This document shows positions 41,341 to 50,745 of a stretch of DNA of 64,000 nucleotides, piece by piece. The DNA lies in the NCBI GenBank assembly GCA_002840895.1, contig PHCZ01000002.1, positions 250,231 to 314,230 of the forward strand. The letters are read 5' to 3'. Both the position numbers and the translations under genes were made by a program. Each line of letters begins with the position of its first letter. Position 1 is the stretch's first letter. The notes below the pieces were generated by a model. That model was not told the DNA's origin. It was given only the letters and a program-made list of their open reading frames with translations, and made no database searches. This DNA is from Bacteroidetes bacterium HGW-Bacteroidetes-8 (lineage in GTDB: Bacteria; Bacteroidota; Bacteroidia; Bacteroidales; UBA932).

Positions 41341-42759
41341 TTACCCACTGGTCAATTGCCGGATAATCCCCCGGAAAATAAAGCCGTGTAGTGGTAAGAC
41401 AGAGTACCAATATAACCTCCCCATAAGACCTAATGGTCTAAAGGTTGCGGTTTGGATCAGTTTGTTTTTTTCTATTTTAAACTCAAGCCAGGCCTCTCCG
41501 GGCAGTTTCATCTCGGCATAGAGCAGCAACCTCCCCTCAGTTTTATCTGCATACAAAACCCTCCAAAAGTCCAGTGCATCTCCGGCATTAAGGGTATCCT
41601 CCGATGTTCGCCCTCTTCTAAGCCCTACCCCTCCTGCCAACTTATCCAGAAAACCTCTTATCCTCCATAGCCAGTTTCCGTAGTACCATCCGGTTTCACC
41701 CCCTATACTCCAAATTTTGTCGACACAAGCCTCCCGGCTGGCGAAAGCCCTTTCACGGACATCCTTAAAGCATCCAAAAGTTGGAACCTGGATAAACTCA
41801 GATATATTAAAGTTGAAACTACTGCTTATAAAGGCATCCTTCCAGCTGGAGATCACTTCGTTTCTTTCAATATTGCTAAAAGCTATCTCCAGGGATTCCC
41901 TGTAGCTTAGTGGCTCTACTCCCAAAATTTTGTTGATCTCATCGTTGCGGCAAATCACCTCAATCTTCATACTATCTACCAAAGCAACAGCAAGTTTGTA
42001 GGAGGTAGATGTTACAAAGTACAACCAATAGGAAGAGAGTTTGGGCGTCATAACCGGGACAGTAAAAATATAACGCTTCAATCCTCTTATTCGGGCAAAC
42101 TCCAACAGCATCTGCTTATAGGACAATATATCGGGGCCACCTATATCAAAATCTCTATTATAAGTCTTTGGATTGAGAATAGTTTTTGAGAGAATATTGA
42201 TAACATCCGGTATCCCGATTGGCTGGCACTTGGTATTTAGCCATCTGGGGGTAATCATAACAGGAAGCTTCTCTACCAAATCCCGCATTATTTCAAAAGA
42301 GGCACTGCCGGACCCTATGATAATGCCGGCTCTTAAGGTTGTTAAACTGTAGCTCCCTTTGCTGAGCTCTCTCTCTACATTCTTTCTTGAGGAGAGGTGT
42401 TTAGATAGTGCAGATTCATTCACTATACCACTCAAATAGACAACGTGCTTAGCGTTGGTTTTGTTGATTGCGTCTCTAAAGTTCACTGCAGATTCCTGTT
42501 CCAGCAGGTGGTAGTTAGAAGATGCCGACATTGAGTGCACCAGATAGAAAGCTCCGTCAATATCTTTAGGGATACTCTCTAAAGAGGCCCTATCCAGCAT
42601 ATCAACCTCAACGACACTAATTTTCGACCTCAGAGATTCCGGTGGATTAAACCTGTTAACATCCCTTACGCAGCAAACCACATCATAGCCAATCTCTACC
42701 AATTTGGGGAGAAGTCTTTTTCCGATATAACCGGACGAGCCTGTGAGTAAAATTTTCAT
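41341..42759 (-). CDS. Atypical SDR / NAD(P)-binding oxidoreductase with C-terminal DUF2867 (YbjT-like)
   Basis: ILLTGSSGYIG, TLRAGIIIGSGSASFE, C-terminal LDFWRV..LLYAEMKLPGEAWLEF. Confidence 0.88.
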   Translation of the reverse strand: MKILLTGSSGYIGKRLLPKLVEIGYDVVCCVRDVNRFNPPESLRSKISVVEVDMLDRASLESIPKDIDGAFYLVHSMSASSNYHLLEQESAVNFRDAINKTNAKHVVYLSGIVNESALSKHLSSRKNVERELSKGSYSLTTLRAGIIIGSGSASFEIMRDLVEKLPVMITPRWLNTKCQPIGIPDVINILSKTILNPKTYNRDFDIGGPDILSYKQMLLEFARIRGLKRYIFTVPVMTPKLSSYWLYFVTSTSYKLAVALVDSMKIEVICRNDEINKILGVEPLSYRESLEIAFSNIERNEVISSWKDAFISSSFNFNISEFIQVPTFGCFKDVRERAFASREACVDKIWSIGGETGWYYGNWLWRIRGFLDKLAGGVGLRRGRTSEDTLNAGDALDFWRVLYADKTEGRLLLYAEMKLPGEAWLEFKIEKNKLIQTATFRPLGLMGRLYWYSVLPLHGFIFRGIIRQLTSG

Positions 42760-42830
42760 TCCTTAGAGTTGTTAATTAAGAAAGGATAGAGATCTGCAAA
42801 GGGCATTGAGAAAATTCTTGTTTTATCCAT
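42756..42830 (-). pseudogene. 17-codon N-terminal stump of a DUF2200 paralog, forming a 24-aa mini-ORF
   Basis: MDKTRIFSMPFADLYPF(LINNSKE*) versus [17 protein letters not shown] at 17570: 13/17 aa and 39/50 nt identical. Confidence 0.75.
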
Positions 42831-42831
42831 A

Positions 42832-45399
42832 TTATTGGGTTTTAAATCTCCTTCTCTTTATAACTTTATCTGCTGCCAATTTGCCGGTAAGTATTGACAT
42901 TGGGACACCGGCAGGGCTGTAGGCCCATTGGCCTGCCTGGAAAATAGAGGGAACCGGGGTAAAGACCGACCTATCTGAGATCTGGATTTTGTTTACAACC
43001 GGCATTATCTTTTCAAATGACCAGCCAACTATAGAGCCCTCGGAGCTGCCAACCCTATTCTCTATGCTTAAGGGAGAGAATGAAAAGCGTTCGACAATTT
43101 TATCTTTTAGTATTGGGTAGACAGATTGTGAGATCACATCTATTATACGGTTCTCTAACTCCTGCACAAACTCACTAAGCCAACCGGCAGTTTGGATTTT
43201 TTTAAACAGATCGTACTCTGCAAGCAAACTGATAATCATCCCGGTTTTTCCTTGAGGAACCAATTGGGAGTCTTTCAGCCCGGGAATAGAGATCTCATAA
43301 GTGTTGAGCTTAGTAAACTTGTCCAGCCACGTAAGTATCTGCTCTCTCTTGACTGATTCAAAATTTCTAAGCAGTAGATTCAGCTCACTCCTGTGAGTCT
43401 CGCCTAAGCCCAATTTTGATGGTGTATAAAAGAAGTGTCCGTTAGCAATCTTAGCGAAGCTCTCAAGTGGTTCGTCTATTTCGAGAAACAGAGAGAAAAC
43501 AGAGTCACAGCCTCTGTTTTTCAACATCTTGATTTTTGTCTCCTCCAGTTTTATTTTGACCTTATCCTCTACCCCTTGCACCTCTATTATTTTATAAAGT
43601 GTTTTAAGATCTGCAGCCCAGATAAGATTGCGATATTTATAATCTACATAATTTTGGTCCTTTAGAAGAGATACTCCTGGCAAAACCTCTATGATTTTAG
43701 TTTCGGTTTTTATCTCTCCACTATTTTCCAATATTTTGTTTTTCAAGGCATCACATAACTTATTGACACCACCTTTCGGATAGAAATAGTCGAGATACAA
43801 CGAGAAATAGCTCAAAGCAAAGAAGGCAGGTGTGTTTTTAAAGAAGTGCTGAGAAATTATGTCGTTCAATTCCGGGTTTTTTACTACTGTTTTAAGACAA
43901 TCTTCTACCGGCATATTCATCCGGTTTATCTTCCCAACGGTAAAGATAAATTTTGGTAACCAGGGGAGTAATTTTTTGAAAATAAATTCTCTATCCCTCT
44001 TTAAATCTTTAAACACAGGATTCTCTACTCCATAAAGAACCTCCATATGTTTCATTATTTTCTTGATTATTTTTAAAACATCATCAATTTCACCTTCACT
44101 CTCCGGGTAAAATTTCACGAGAAGCTCCCTGTATTTTTGTAAATCCGCTACTGTGTTGATGTCAATAATTTCATTTTCAATACCTAATGATACAGGACTC
44201 TTTACAACCTCAAGATCAATATTGAGCTCTTTTAACATCGGAAATATGATTCCGGCATCTTCCAGTGCCCTCACCCCGGCGTCAAAATGAAATCCATTAT
44301 GGGAAAAAGAGTTGACCAGCCCCCCAAGCTCTCTGTTTTTCTCTATCAGCAAAACTCTCTCCCCGGCTCGTGAAAGATAAGCCGCAGAAGTTAGTCCTGC
44401 GATACCTCCGCCAACAACAATTGTGTCGTAAATATTCTCTTGCAGATTCATATCATTCAATTCAAGACTTATATCCCATAATTGAGCGGCTACCTCTTTA
44501 TCTAAAGCCGGTGGAGCGGGCTCCTCCTGAGTGGTCAGGCTAAAGAACTTACCGCCTACCCCCTCTATCTCCTTTGAGACTCCCAGATAGTAGAGAGCCT
44601 CTGCAGATAGCTGCGGTGATTTTAATGTTTTGTCGAAAAAGTTTCTTTTAAACCAGCGGTAAAAAGCTCCATTCTCCTGCCCTGTCTCTGTTTTGACAGC
44701 TCCGGGGTGCATTGTATTGAAAGTAACACCCGAGCTTTGGAAATCTTCGTCAAAAATAATCATAGACAATAGCTGAGAAGTCTTAGCAGAACCATAGCTT
44801 TTCAACCCCGAATATCTTCGCTTTTCCCAATTGAGATCATCCGGACGTAACCCCCAGGCGGCAAAGCGATGGCCCTCTGAACCTACCATTATGATTCTCG
44901 CCTTTTCCTGAGACTTGAGCTTTTCTCTTAACCGGTAGTTGATAATAAATGTAGAGAGGTAGTGAACAACAAAGAGCTTTTCAAGCCCATCTACAGTTAA
45001 CTCTTTTTTGGTAAGGTAGATGCCGGCATTGTGTATGAGTACATCAATTGGAGAGTCCATAGTTGCAAGCTCCTCTGCAACCCGCTTTATCTCTTTTAAA
45101 CTGCTTAAATCTGCAATTTTGTAATTGCAATTGACTCCAAACTCGCTTGTGATCTCCTTGCAAAGAGCTTGTGATTTTTGCTCATTTCTATTAACGGCCA
45201 AAATATCTGCTCCCATTGAAGCGTACTTTCGTGCAGTATGGTAGCCGATTCCCGATGTTGCACCGGTTATTACAACAACTCTGTTTTTAAAATCTTCTGT
45301 ACAAATTTTAGGGGAAGAACCACTATTTTTAACCATTGCAAATATGTTCGACCACCTATACTCCTTAAAATATTGAAAGAATTTTCTACTGTTTCCCAT
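42832..45399 (-). CDS. Fusion: classical SDR (retinol dehydrogenase/WWOX-like) + phytoene desaturase/RetSat-like FAD oxidoreductase
   Basis: N-terminal TGATSGIG, NAG, YGSAK, MHPGAVKT; from 44451 DTIVVGGGIAGLTSAAYL...LIEK, and C-terminal FQAGQWAYSPAGVPMSILTGKLAA; no stop at the junction. ATG 45399 used instead of the track's TTG. Confidence 0.85.
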   Translation of the reverse strand: MGNSRKFFQYFKEYRWSNIFAMVKNSGSSPKICTEDFKNRVVVITGATSGIGYHTARKYASMGADILAVNRNEQKSQALCKEITSEFGVNCNYKIADLSSLKEIKRVAEELATMDSPIDVLIHNAGIYLTKKELTVDGLEKLFVVHYLSTFIINYRLREKLKSQEKARIIMVGSEGHRFAAWGLRPDDLNWEKRRYSGLKSYGSAKTSQLLSMIIFDEDFQSSGVTFNTMHPGAVKTETGQENGAFYRWFKRNFFDKTLKSPQLSAEALYYLGVSKEIEGVGGKFFSLTTQEEPAPPALDKEVAAQLWDISLELNDMNLQENIYDTIVVGGGIAGLTSAAYLSRAGERVLLIEKNRELGGLVNSFSHNGFHFDAGVRALEDAGIIFPMLKELNIDLEVVKSPVSLGIENEIIDINTVADLQKYRELLVKFYPESEGEIDDVLKIIKKIMKHMEVLYGVENPVFKDLKRDREFIFKKLLPWLPKFIFTVGKINRMNMPVEDCLKTVVKNPELNDIISQHFFKNTPAFFALSYFSLYLDYFYPKGGVNKLCDALKNKILENSGEIKTETKIIEVLPGVSLLKDQNYVDYKYRNLIWAADLKTLYKIIEVQGVEDKVKIKLEETKIKMLKNRGCDSVFSLFLEIDEPLESFAKIANGHFFYTPSKLGLGETHRSELNLLLRNFESVKREQILTWLDKFTKLNTYEISIPGLKDSQLVPQGKTGMIISLLAEYDLFKKIQTAGWLSEFVQELENRIIDVISQSVYPILKDKIVERFSFSPLSIENRVGSSEGSIVGWSFEKIMPVVNKIQISDRSVFTPVPSIFQAGQWAYSPAGVPMSILTGKLAADKVIKRRRFKTQ

Positions 45400-45408
45400 A
45401 TGCAATTA

Positions 45409-45888
45409 TTAACCGAACTTCCTCTTCATAAAATTTCTGTAGAGCTTACCAAACCTGGGTATATTGTCAAAAATATCTCCCCATAAATCGTAATAATCTC
45501 TCTGCTCTGCAATTTTACCCTCTTGATTTATCTTGAGCCGGCTCGAACCATACAAAATTGAACTTGGATACTTTTTGAAACTGAGGGTCATCTCCCACTC
45601 CAGAAACACAATATCATTCTCCATCAAAGCATTAACAATATTCATTTTAAGGTCTTTTGACCGCATTGCCAGGCGCTCTGTCATCTCTGTAAATGACTCT
45701 ATGCCTCGTATCTCCTGAATGGTGTCCCTAAAATAGATATTTTTGTCGTAATACGGTAAAATATGTGACCAGTCCGGTTTGCCCTGAGTGTTGTATGTCT
45801 TTGACCAGAGATCTTTTATAAGCTCGATTGTTATTTTATTATCAAAAACGTTTTGCTCTGTAGAGTTAATATTCCCGATATTCTGCAT
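45409..45888 (-). CDS. NTF2/SnoaL-like fold protein
   Basis: YYDKNIYFRDTIQEIRG, FLEWEMTL, GKIAEQRDYYDLW. Confidence 0.85.
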   Translation of the reverse strand: MQNIGNINSTEQNVFDNKITIELIKDLWSKTYNTQGKPDWSHILPYYDKNIYFRDTIQEIRGIESFTEMTERLAMRSKDLKMNIVNALMENDIVFLEWEMTLSFKKYPSSILYGSSRLKINQEGKIAEQRDYYDLWGDIFDNIPRFGKLYRNFMKRKFG

Positions 45889-45898
45889 AAAATAAAAT

Positions 45899-46306
45899 TT
45901 AATAGTATGTAGGGGTACATTTTAAGGTTTTATCTCCTGTCAATGCGAAAATTGTTTTTTTGAAAGAGGGTGGGCCAAAAGTGCCTTTTGCATTATTTGC
46001 ATAGCCAAATCCCTCTTTGGGAATTCCGACCCTGTTTAAGTCCAGAACCTGGTTCTTGTTCTCATCGTGAAAATATTTGAACGAATAATTTCCCGGTTTA
46101 AGATTTTCAAGAACAATAACAGATTTACTCTCTTCTATCTCCCGAAAAACCCCGGATATCTTTTCACCCTTTTCACTGCTTAACACCAAAATTACCTGCC
46201 CGTTACTGCTCCTTAACCCCTCTATCTCAATTCTTAACGAGAACTGTCCCAACAAAGAGAGAGGAGATAAAACTGCAATAAGCACCAATAGTAAAACTGG
46301 CTTCAT
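45899..46306 (-). CDS. DUF2141 family exported protein
   Basis: PGNYSFKYFHDENKN..LD..GIPKEGFGYANN..GTFGPPSF. Confidence 0.9.
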   Translation of the reverse strand: MKPVLLLVLIAVLSPLSLLGQFSLRIEIEGLRSSNGQVILVLSSEKGEKISGVFREIEESKSVIVLENLKPGNYSFKYFHDENKNQVLDLNRVGIPKEGFGYANNAKGTFGPPSFKKTIFALTGDKTLKCTPTYY

Positions 46307-46315
46307 TTTTACGCT

Positions 46316-46762
46316 CTAAATTTTTAGCAAAAAATTATCTCTTATCATTCCCGGCTCCTGATATGTATAGGCTGTCATAACTACTTTTTCTAAAGTCTGC
46401 TTGAGCAGATTAAAATCATTGGGTTTGGTGATGTAAACATTTGCTCCGTTATAGAATGTCTCATCCATATCCTTCTCATTATCGGATGTAGAGTATATGG
46501 CTATGAAAATCTCTTTTAGCTTATTATTGCTCTTAATCTCTTTTAAACACTCCAAACCATTTTTTAGTGGCATATTAAGATCAAGGAAAAGAAGATATGG
46601 TAGAGTGTTCTCTTCATTAATAAGCCACTCCATTAGTTTAACTCCATCACTAACTGTGTTGACAATGGTTTTTATCTTTAGCTCAGAAAAAGCTAGTTTA
46701 AAAAGTAGCGTGTCGCCCTCATCATCATCTGCAAGTAGAATATTGAATGGTTCATTGTTCAT
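46316..46762 (-). CDS. Single-domain response regulator (receiver)
   Basis: LADDD, FLDLNMP, IYSTS, YITKP. Confidence 0.9.
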   Translation of the reverse strand: MNNEPFNILLADDDEGDTLLFKLAFSELKIKTIVNTVSDGVKLMEWLINEENTLPYLLFLDLNMPLKNGLECLKEIKSNNKLKEIFIAIYSTSDNEKDMDETFYNGANVYITKPNDFNLLKQTLEKVVMTAYTYQEPGMIRDNFLLKI

Positions 46763-46777
46763 CGTTACTATTTATTA

Positions 46778-49700
46778 TTATGAAGTGGGTATGTAAATAT
46801 TGAATGTGGCTCCTTTATTCAACTCGCCGGTTGCAGTAATGAGCCCTTTATGGTTGTCAACTATCTTTTTAACGATAGCAAGGCCAATTCCTGAGCCTTT
46901 GTATTCATCTTTGCTGTGAAGCTTTTGAAAGACATCAAATATTTTGGTGCTGAACTCATTTTCAAAGCCGATGCCATTGTCGGCAATAGTTATATGGCAG
47001 TACTCTTTTTGCGGCAAAAGACCCTCGATATCCAATTTTTCGTGTTTAAATTTCCTGCTGCTTATTTTTATGATAGGAGGTTTTTTTGGATTTGAGAACT
47101 TGAGTGAGTTGCCAATAAGATTGTGCATAAGTTGACGAAACTGGAAAGGAATAATATGGACTCCGCAGCTCTCCTTCACCTCTATTACGGCTTGTTTTTC
47201 TGCTATCTCCTCTTTGAACTCCTTTTTTACCTCATCTATAATTTTGCCGAGGTCTGAGTTTTCAAATTTTCTTTCGGCAGCACTTACCCGTGAGAAGGCA
47301 AGCAGATCCTGAATAAGTTGCTGCATTCTCTCTGCAGACTGCTGCATAAAACGGAAATAATCTTTTCCGGAATCAGATAAGTTTTGACTCTCTTTATCTA
47401 GTATAATCCCTGCAAAAGTTTGAAGTTTGCGAAGCGGCTCTTGCATATCGTGACTTGAGACATAGGTGAATGCCTCCAGCTCTTTGTTCATATTCAGGAG
47501 CTCTTTGTTTTTATTTTCTAGCGATTGGTTAGCCTCTTTTAACTCCCGTGTTCTTTCGTCTACAGCTTTTTCCAATTTTAGTTTTTCTGTCTTGCGCTCT
47601 TTTATCTCTTTTTTGAGCAGCGATTTCTCTTTTAACTCTTTTTCTAATATCAGGTGTCTCACCTCAGTGATATCTGCAATAACAAGAAGAATTAACTGCT
47701 CCCTATGCGCTTTCTGAATAACCCGGCTTGCGTTTAGTGACATTATCTTCTCACCTAAGTTGAGGAAGGTGTGTTTCACTTCGTAATTATAGAAGTGAGA
47801 GTTTTTGGGAATAATATCTTCCAGCAACTCTCGCAGGGCGGGAATGTTCCACTGTTTGTTGCCTAAATCATACAGAAGTACCCCCTCCGTCTGCTCTTCG
47901 GCAACGCCGAATTTTTTATAGAATGCTTTGTTTGCAGATTTTACCCGAAGATCCTTTCCTAAAACAAGCATAGGTTCGTGCATAGTGGAGACTATAGCAT
48001 CGGAGTATTCATACGACTCTGTGAGCAGGTCATTTCGTGTTTGCAACTCCTGATTGGTGGTGGTGAGCTCTTCATTTGCAGACTCTATCTCCTCTTTTGA
48101 AGTCTCCAGCTCTTCATTCACGGTTTGCAACTCTTCGTTGCTCGAAACCACCTCCTCAATTGCACTTTGAAACTCCTCTGTGAATGCTTCGTGCTCCTGA
48201 GCAATTGCGAGAGCATCTGCGTGTGCCTCTGCTAACTCCTGCTCCAACCTCTTAATCCTTCTCTCTCTTGCGTCTGAGTTATGCTCATCGCTATTCACCC
48301 TCCGAGAATCAACATCCGTTTGCTCCTGCTCGGTAAAAAGAATAAGCAGCAAAGGTTCGTTCCACTCTATTGTAAGCGGGACAATCTCAAAGCTTATAAC
48401 CTTTACTGCCGAATCTATCTTTAGTTCAATCCCGGTTTTGCGAATGCGGTGTTTAGTTTTAATAGCTTTTGAGATTGAGCTGCGCAGTTCAAATGCAATC
48501 TCCGGTCGTGCCATTTTTAAAATATTGAAAGTGGCCTTACCTTTTGGAAGTGTGAGAAAGAGATCTGTCTTTCCGCGAAACTGAACAATCTCCAACTGAT
48601 GGTTTATAACGACACTTGCAGGCATAAATTCCGAAACAAGCACGGCATCAATAGCACTATCAAGCCCAAGCTGATTACCCGGGCTGTTTTTTACGTTTCT
48701 ACTTGCCAACAAATTGCTCTTCTCAGCAACTATTTGCTGTCCAAATCGAGGCGAAAGTTCCGGAAGTCGTTGTGATCCTGAATTATTAACGCGTGAAAAA
48801 ATTTTAAACTTTTTATTGAAGCTTGCAAAAAGATGAGCAGACTGGCTAATGTTTTCTGAATTGCCAAGCATTAAAAAACCATCGTTGTTTAAAGCGTAGT
48901 GAAAAGTGTTGACCACCTTTTTTTGTGCTGTGGAATCTAAGTAGATAAATAGGTTACAGCAACTGATAAAATCAAGACGCGAAAAAGGGGGGTCGCTTAA
49001 GATATTATGTTGCGCAAACACGCACATATCACGGACGGCTTTGTTTACACGAAAACCTCCGTCTGCTTTTGTGAAGAAACGCTGGATGCGCTTTGGAGAG
49101 ACTGCCTCTAACTCCTGCTTTGAGTAAATGCCAATCCTGGCTTTGTTTATTGCAAATCCACTTAGATCGGTTGCGAAAATCTGAACGGGAGTGTTGTTGG
49201 GTTGACTCCCCTGTATCTCAAGCAACATCATAGCGATGGAGTAGGCCTCTTCGCCTGTTGCACACGCAGGCACCCATATACGCAACGACTCTCCTGTCTT
49301 TTTTCTTTTTAGCAATTTAGGTAAAAGGTCCTCTTTTAAAAATTTGTGCGTGTCTGTATCACGGAAGAAACTGGTTACATTAATAAGTAAATCCTGGTAC
49401 AGAATATCTGTCTCTTCGTTTTTTTGGGTTAGCAATTTTGCATATTGTTTAAGCGTGGTTATTTTATAAAGCAACATTCTGCGAATAATGCGCCTCTTTA
49501 TGGTGTTCATTTTATAAACACTAAAATCTACACCTGTGATTTTAAGTAGTTGGTTTAGAATGGTTTTTAAGTCCGGGTCGCTGTTTTCAATCAAATTTTC
49601 GTTACTCTTTTTTGTACCATTAGTCCTTACAAACGGATGTTTGCTCAGTCGTGCCAATTCAAGGGCAATCTGCTTTGGCGATAAGATAAAGTCAACCACT

Positions 49701-50251
49701 CCTGCAGCTATTGCAGAGTGGGGCATACTTGTGAATTTTGCGGTATCGTCTTGCGCAAATGTTAATCCACCTCTGTGTTTTATCTCTTTTATGCCCAATG
49801 TGCCATCGCTCGCGCTTCCGGAGAGGACAATACCTATAACCCTCTCTTTTTGGGAGTGTGCAAGTGAGGAGAAAAGAGTATCAATAGAGATTGCTGTGCT
49901 ACTTTCCGAACGCGGGATTAACTTTATGTGTCCGTCTGTTACCTCAATTCCTTTATTATACGGAATTACGAAAATATTATCGGGTTCAATCTTGTCCATA
50001 TCATCAATCTCCTGTACCTTCATTTTTGTCTTCTTAGATAAAATCTCAGTTAACATACTTTTGTGGTCGGGACTGAGGTGCTGAACATAGATAAAAGCCA
50101 TACCGGTGTCTGATGGAAGGTATGTAAGTAACTCCATCATAGCCTCCAATCCACCTGCAGATGCGCCTATGGCAACAACAGGAAAGGTGCTGCCGGAAGC
50201 AGCAGGAGGCCTGGTAACGGTGGTTGTTGATTTACTCTTTTTTACTGTCAT
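46778..50251 (-). CDS. CheB-CheR-PAS-histidine kinase fusion
   Basis: CheB (GASAGG, VQHL, LSGSASDG), CheR (RIWVPACATGEEAYS, DFISCCNLFIY), coiled coil, PAS, H-box SHDMQEPLRK, G-boxes DNGIGF and GSGIGL. Confidence 0.92.
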   Translation of the reverse strand: MTVKKSKSTTTVTRPPAASGSTFPVVAIGASAGGLEAMMELLTYLPSDTGMAFIYVQHLSPDHKSMLTEILSKKTKMKVQEIDDMDKIEPDNIFVIPYNKGIEVTDGHIKLIPRSESSTAISIDTLFSSLAHSQKERVIGIVLSGSASDGTLGIKEIKHRGGLTFAQDDTAKFTSMPHSAIAAGVVDFILSPKQIALELARLSKHPFVRTNGTKKSNENLIENSDPDLKTILNQLLKITGVDFSVYKMNTIKRRIIRRMLLYKITTLKQYAKLLTQKNEETDILYQDLLINVTSFFRDTDTHKFLKEDLLPKLLKRKKTGESLRIWVPACATGEEAYSIAMMLLEIQGSQPNNTPVQIFATDLSGFAINKARIGIYSKQELEAVSPKRIQRFFTKADGGFRVNKAVRDMCVFAQHNILSDPPFSRLDFISCCNLFIYLDSTAQKKVVNTFHYALNNDGFLMLGNSENISQSAHLFASFNKKFKIFSRVNNSGSQRLPELSPRFGQQIVAEKSNLLASRNVKNSPGNQLGLDSAIDAVLVSEFMPASVVINHQLEIVQFRGKTDLFLTLPKGKATFNILKMARPEIAFELRSSISKAIKTKHRIRKTGIELKIDSAVKVISFEIVPLTIEWNEPLLLILFTEQEQTDVDSRRVNSDEHNSDARERRIKRLEQELAEAHADALAIAQEHEAFTEEFQSAIEEVVSSNEELQTVNEELETSKEEIESANEELTTTNQELQTRNDLLTESYEYSDAIVSTMHEPMLVLGKDLRVKSANKAFYKKFGVAEEQTEGVLLYDLGNKQWNIPALRELLEDIIPKNSHFYNYEVKHTFLNLGEKIMSLNASRVIQKAHREQLILLVIADITEVRHLILEKELKEKSLLKKEIKERKTEKLKLEKAVDERTRELKEANQSLENKNKELLNMNKELEAFTYVSSHDMQEPLRKLQTFAGIILDKESQNLSDSGKDYFRFMQQSAERMQQLIQDLLAFSRVSAAERKFENSDLGKIIDEVKKEFKEEIAEKQAVIEVKESCGVHIIPFQFRQLMHNLIGNSLKFSNPKKPPIIKISSRKFKHEKLDIEGLLPQKEYCHITIADNGIGFENEFSTKIFDVFQKLHSKDEYKGSGIGLAIVKKIVDNHKGLITATGELNKGATFNIYIPTS

Positions 50252-50713
50252 TTAAGGAATTACTATTGAATTGCCTGTAATCATAAAATCTTCTTCAAGA
50301 GGCAGCGGATTATCTTTCTGTGATATAAGTGTAAGCGCTTCATAGATAACTTTTTTCAGCTGAGAAAAATCATTTGGCTTGCAGATATAATAGTGCGCCG
50401 AGTCTCGAAAAACAATCTTAACCATCTCCTTATCGGAGGCTGTAGAGAATATAATAACCGGAAGGTTTTGCAATTCACTGCTACGTTTTATTGCACCTAA
50501 GGTTGCGAATCCGTTTTTTCGTGGCATATTAAGGTCTAAAAAAAGAACATCCGGCAGACCACTCCCTTTTTTTGTAAGCTCCTCAATCACCTGCTCACCA
50601 TTATGCACAATAGTAAGATGAGCAGATACCGGCAACTCTGCTAAAGCATCTTTGAAAAGATGACAATCTGCCTTGTCGTCATCGGCGAGAAGGATGTTAA
50701 TGTTTTTCATCAT
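50252..50713 (-). CDS. Single-domain response regulator (receiver)
   Basis: LADDD, FLDLNMP, IFST, YICKP. Confidence 0.9.
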   Translation of the reverse strand: MMKNINILLADDDKADCHLFKDALAELPVSAHLTIVHNGEQVIEELTKKGSGLPDVLFLDLNMPRKNGFATLGAIKRSSELQNLPVIIFSTASDKEMVKIVFRDSAHYYICKPNDFSQLKKVIYEALTLISQKDNPLPLEEDFMITGNSIVIP

Positions 50714-50745
50714 TACATAAAGTTAACATAATTATCGAGCAAAAG

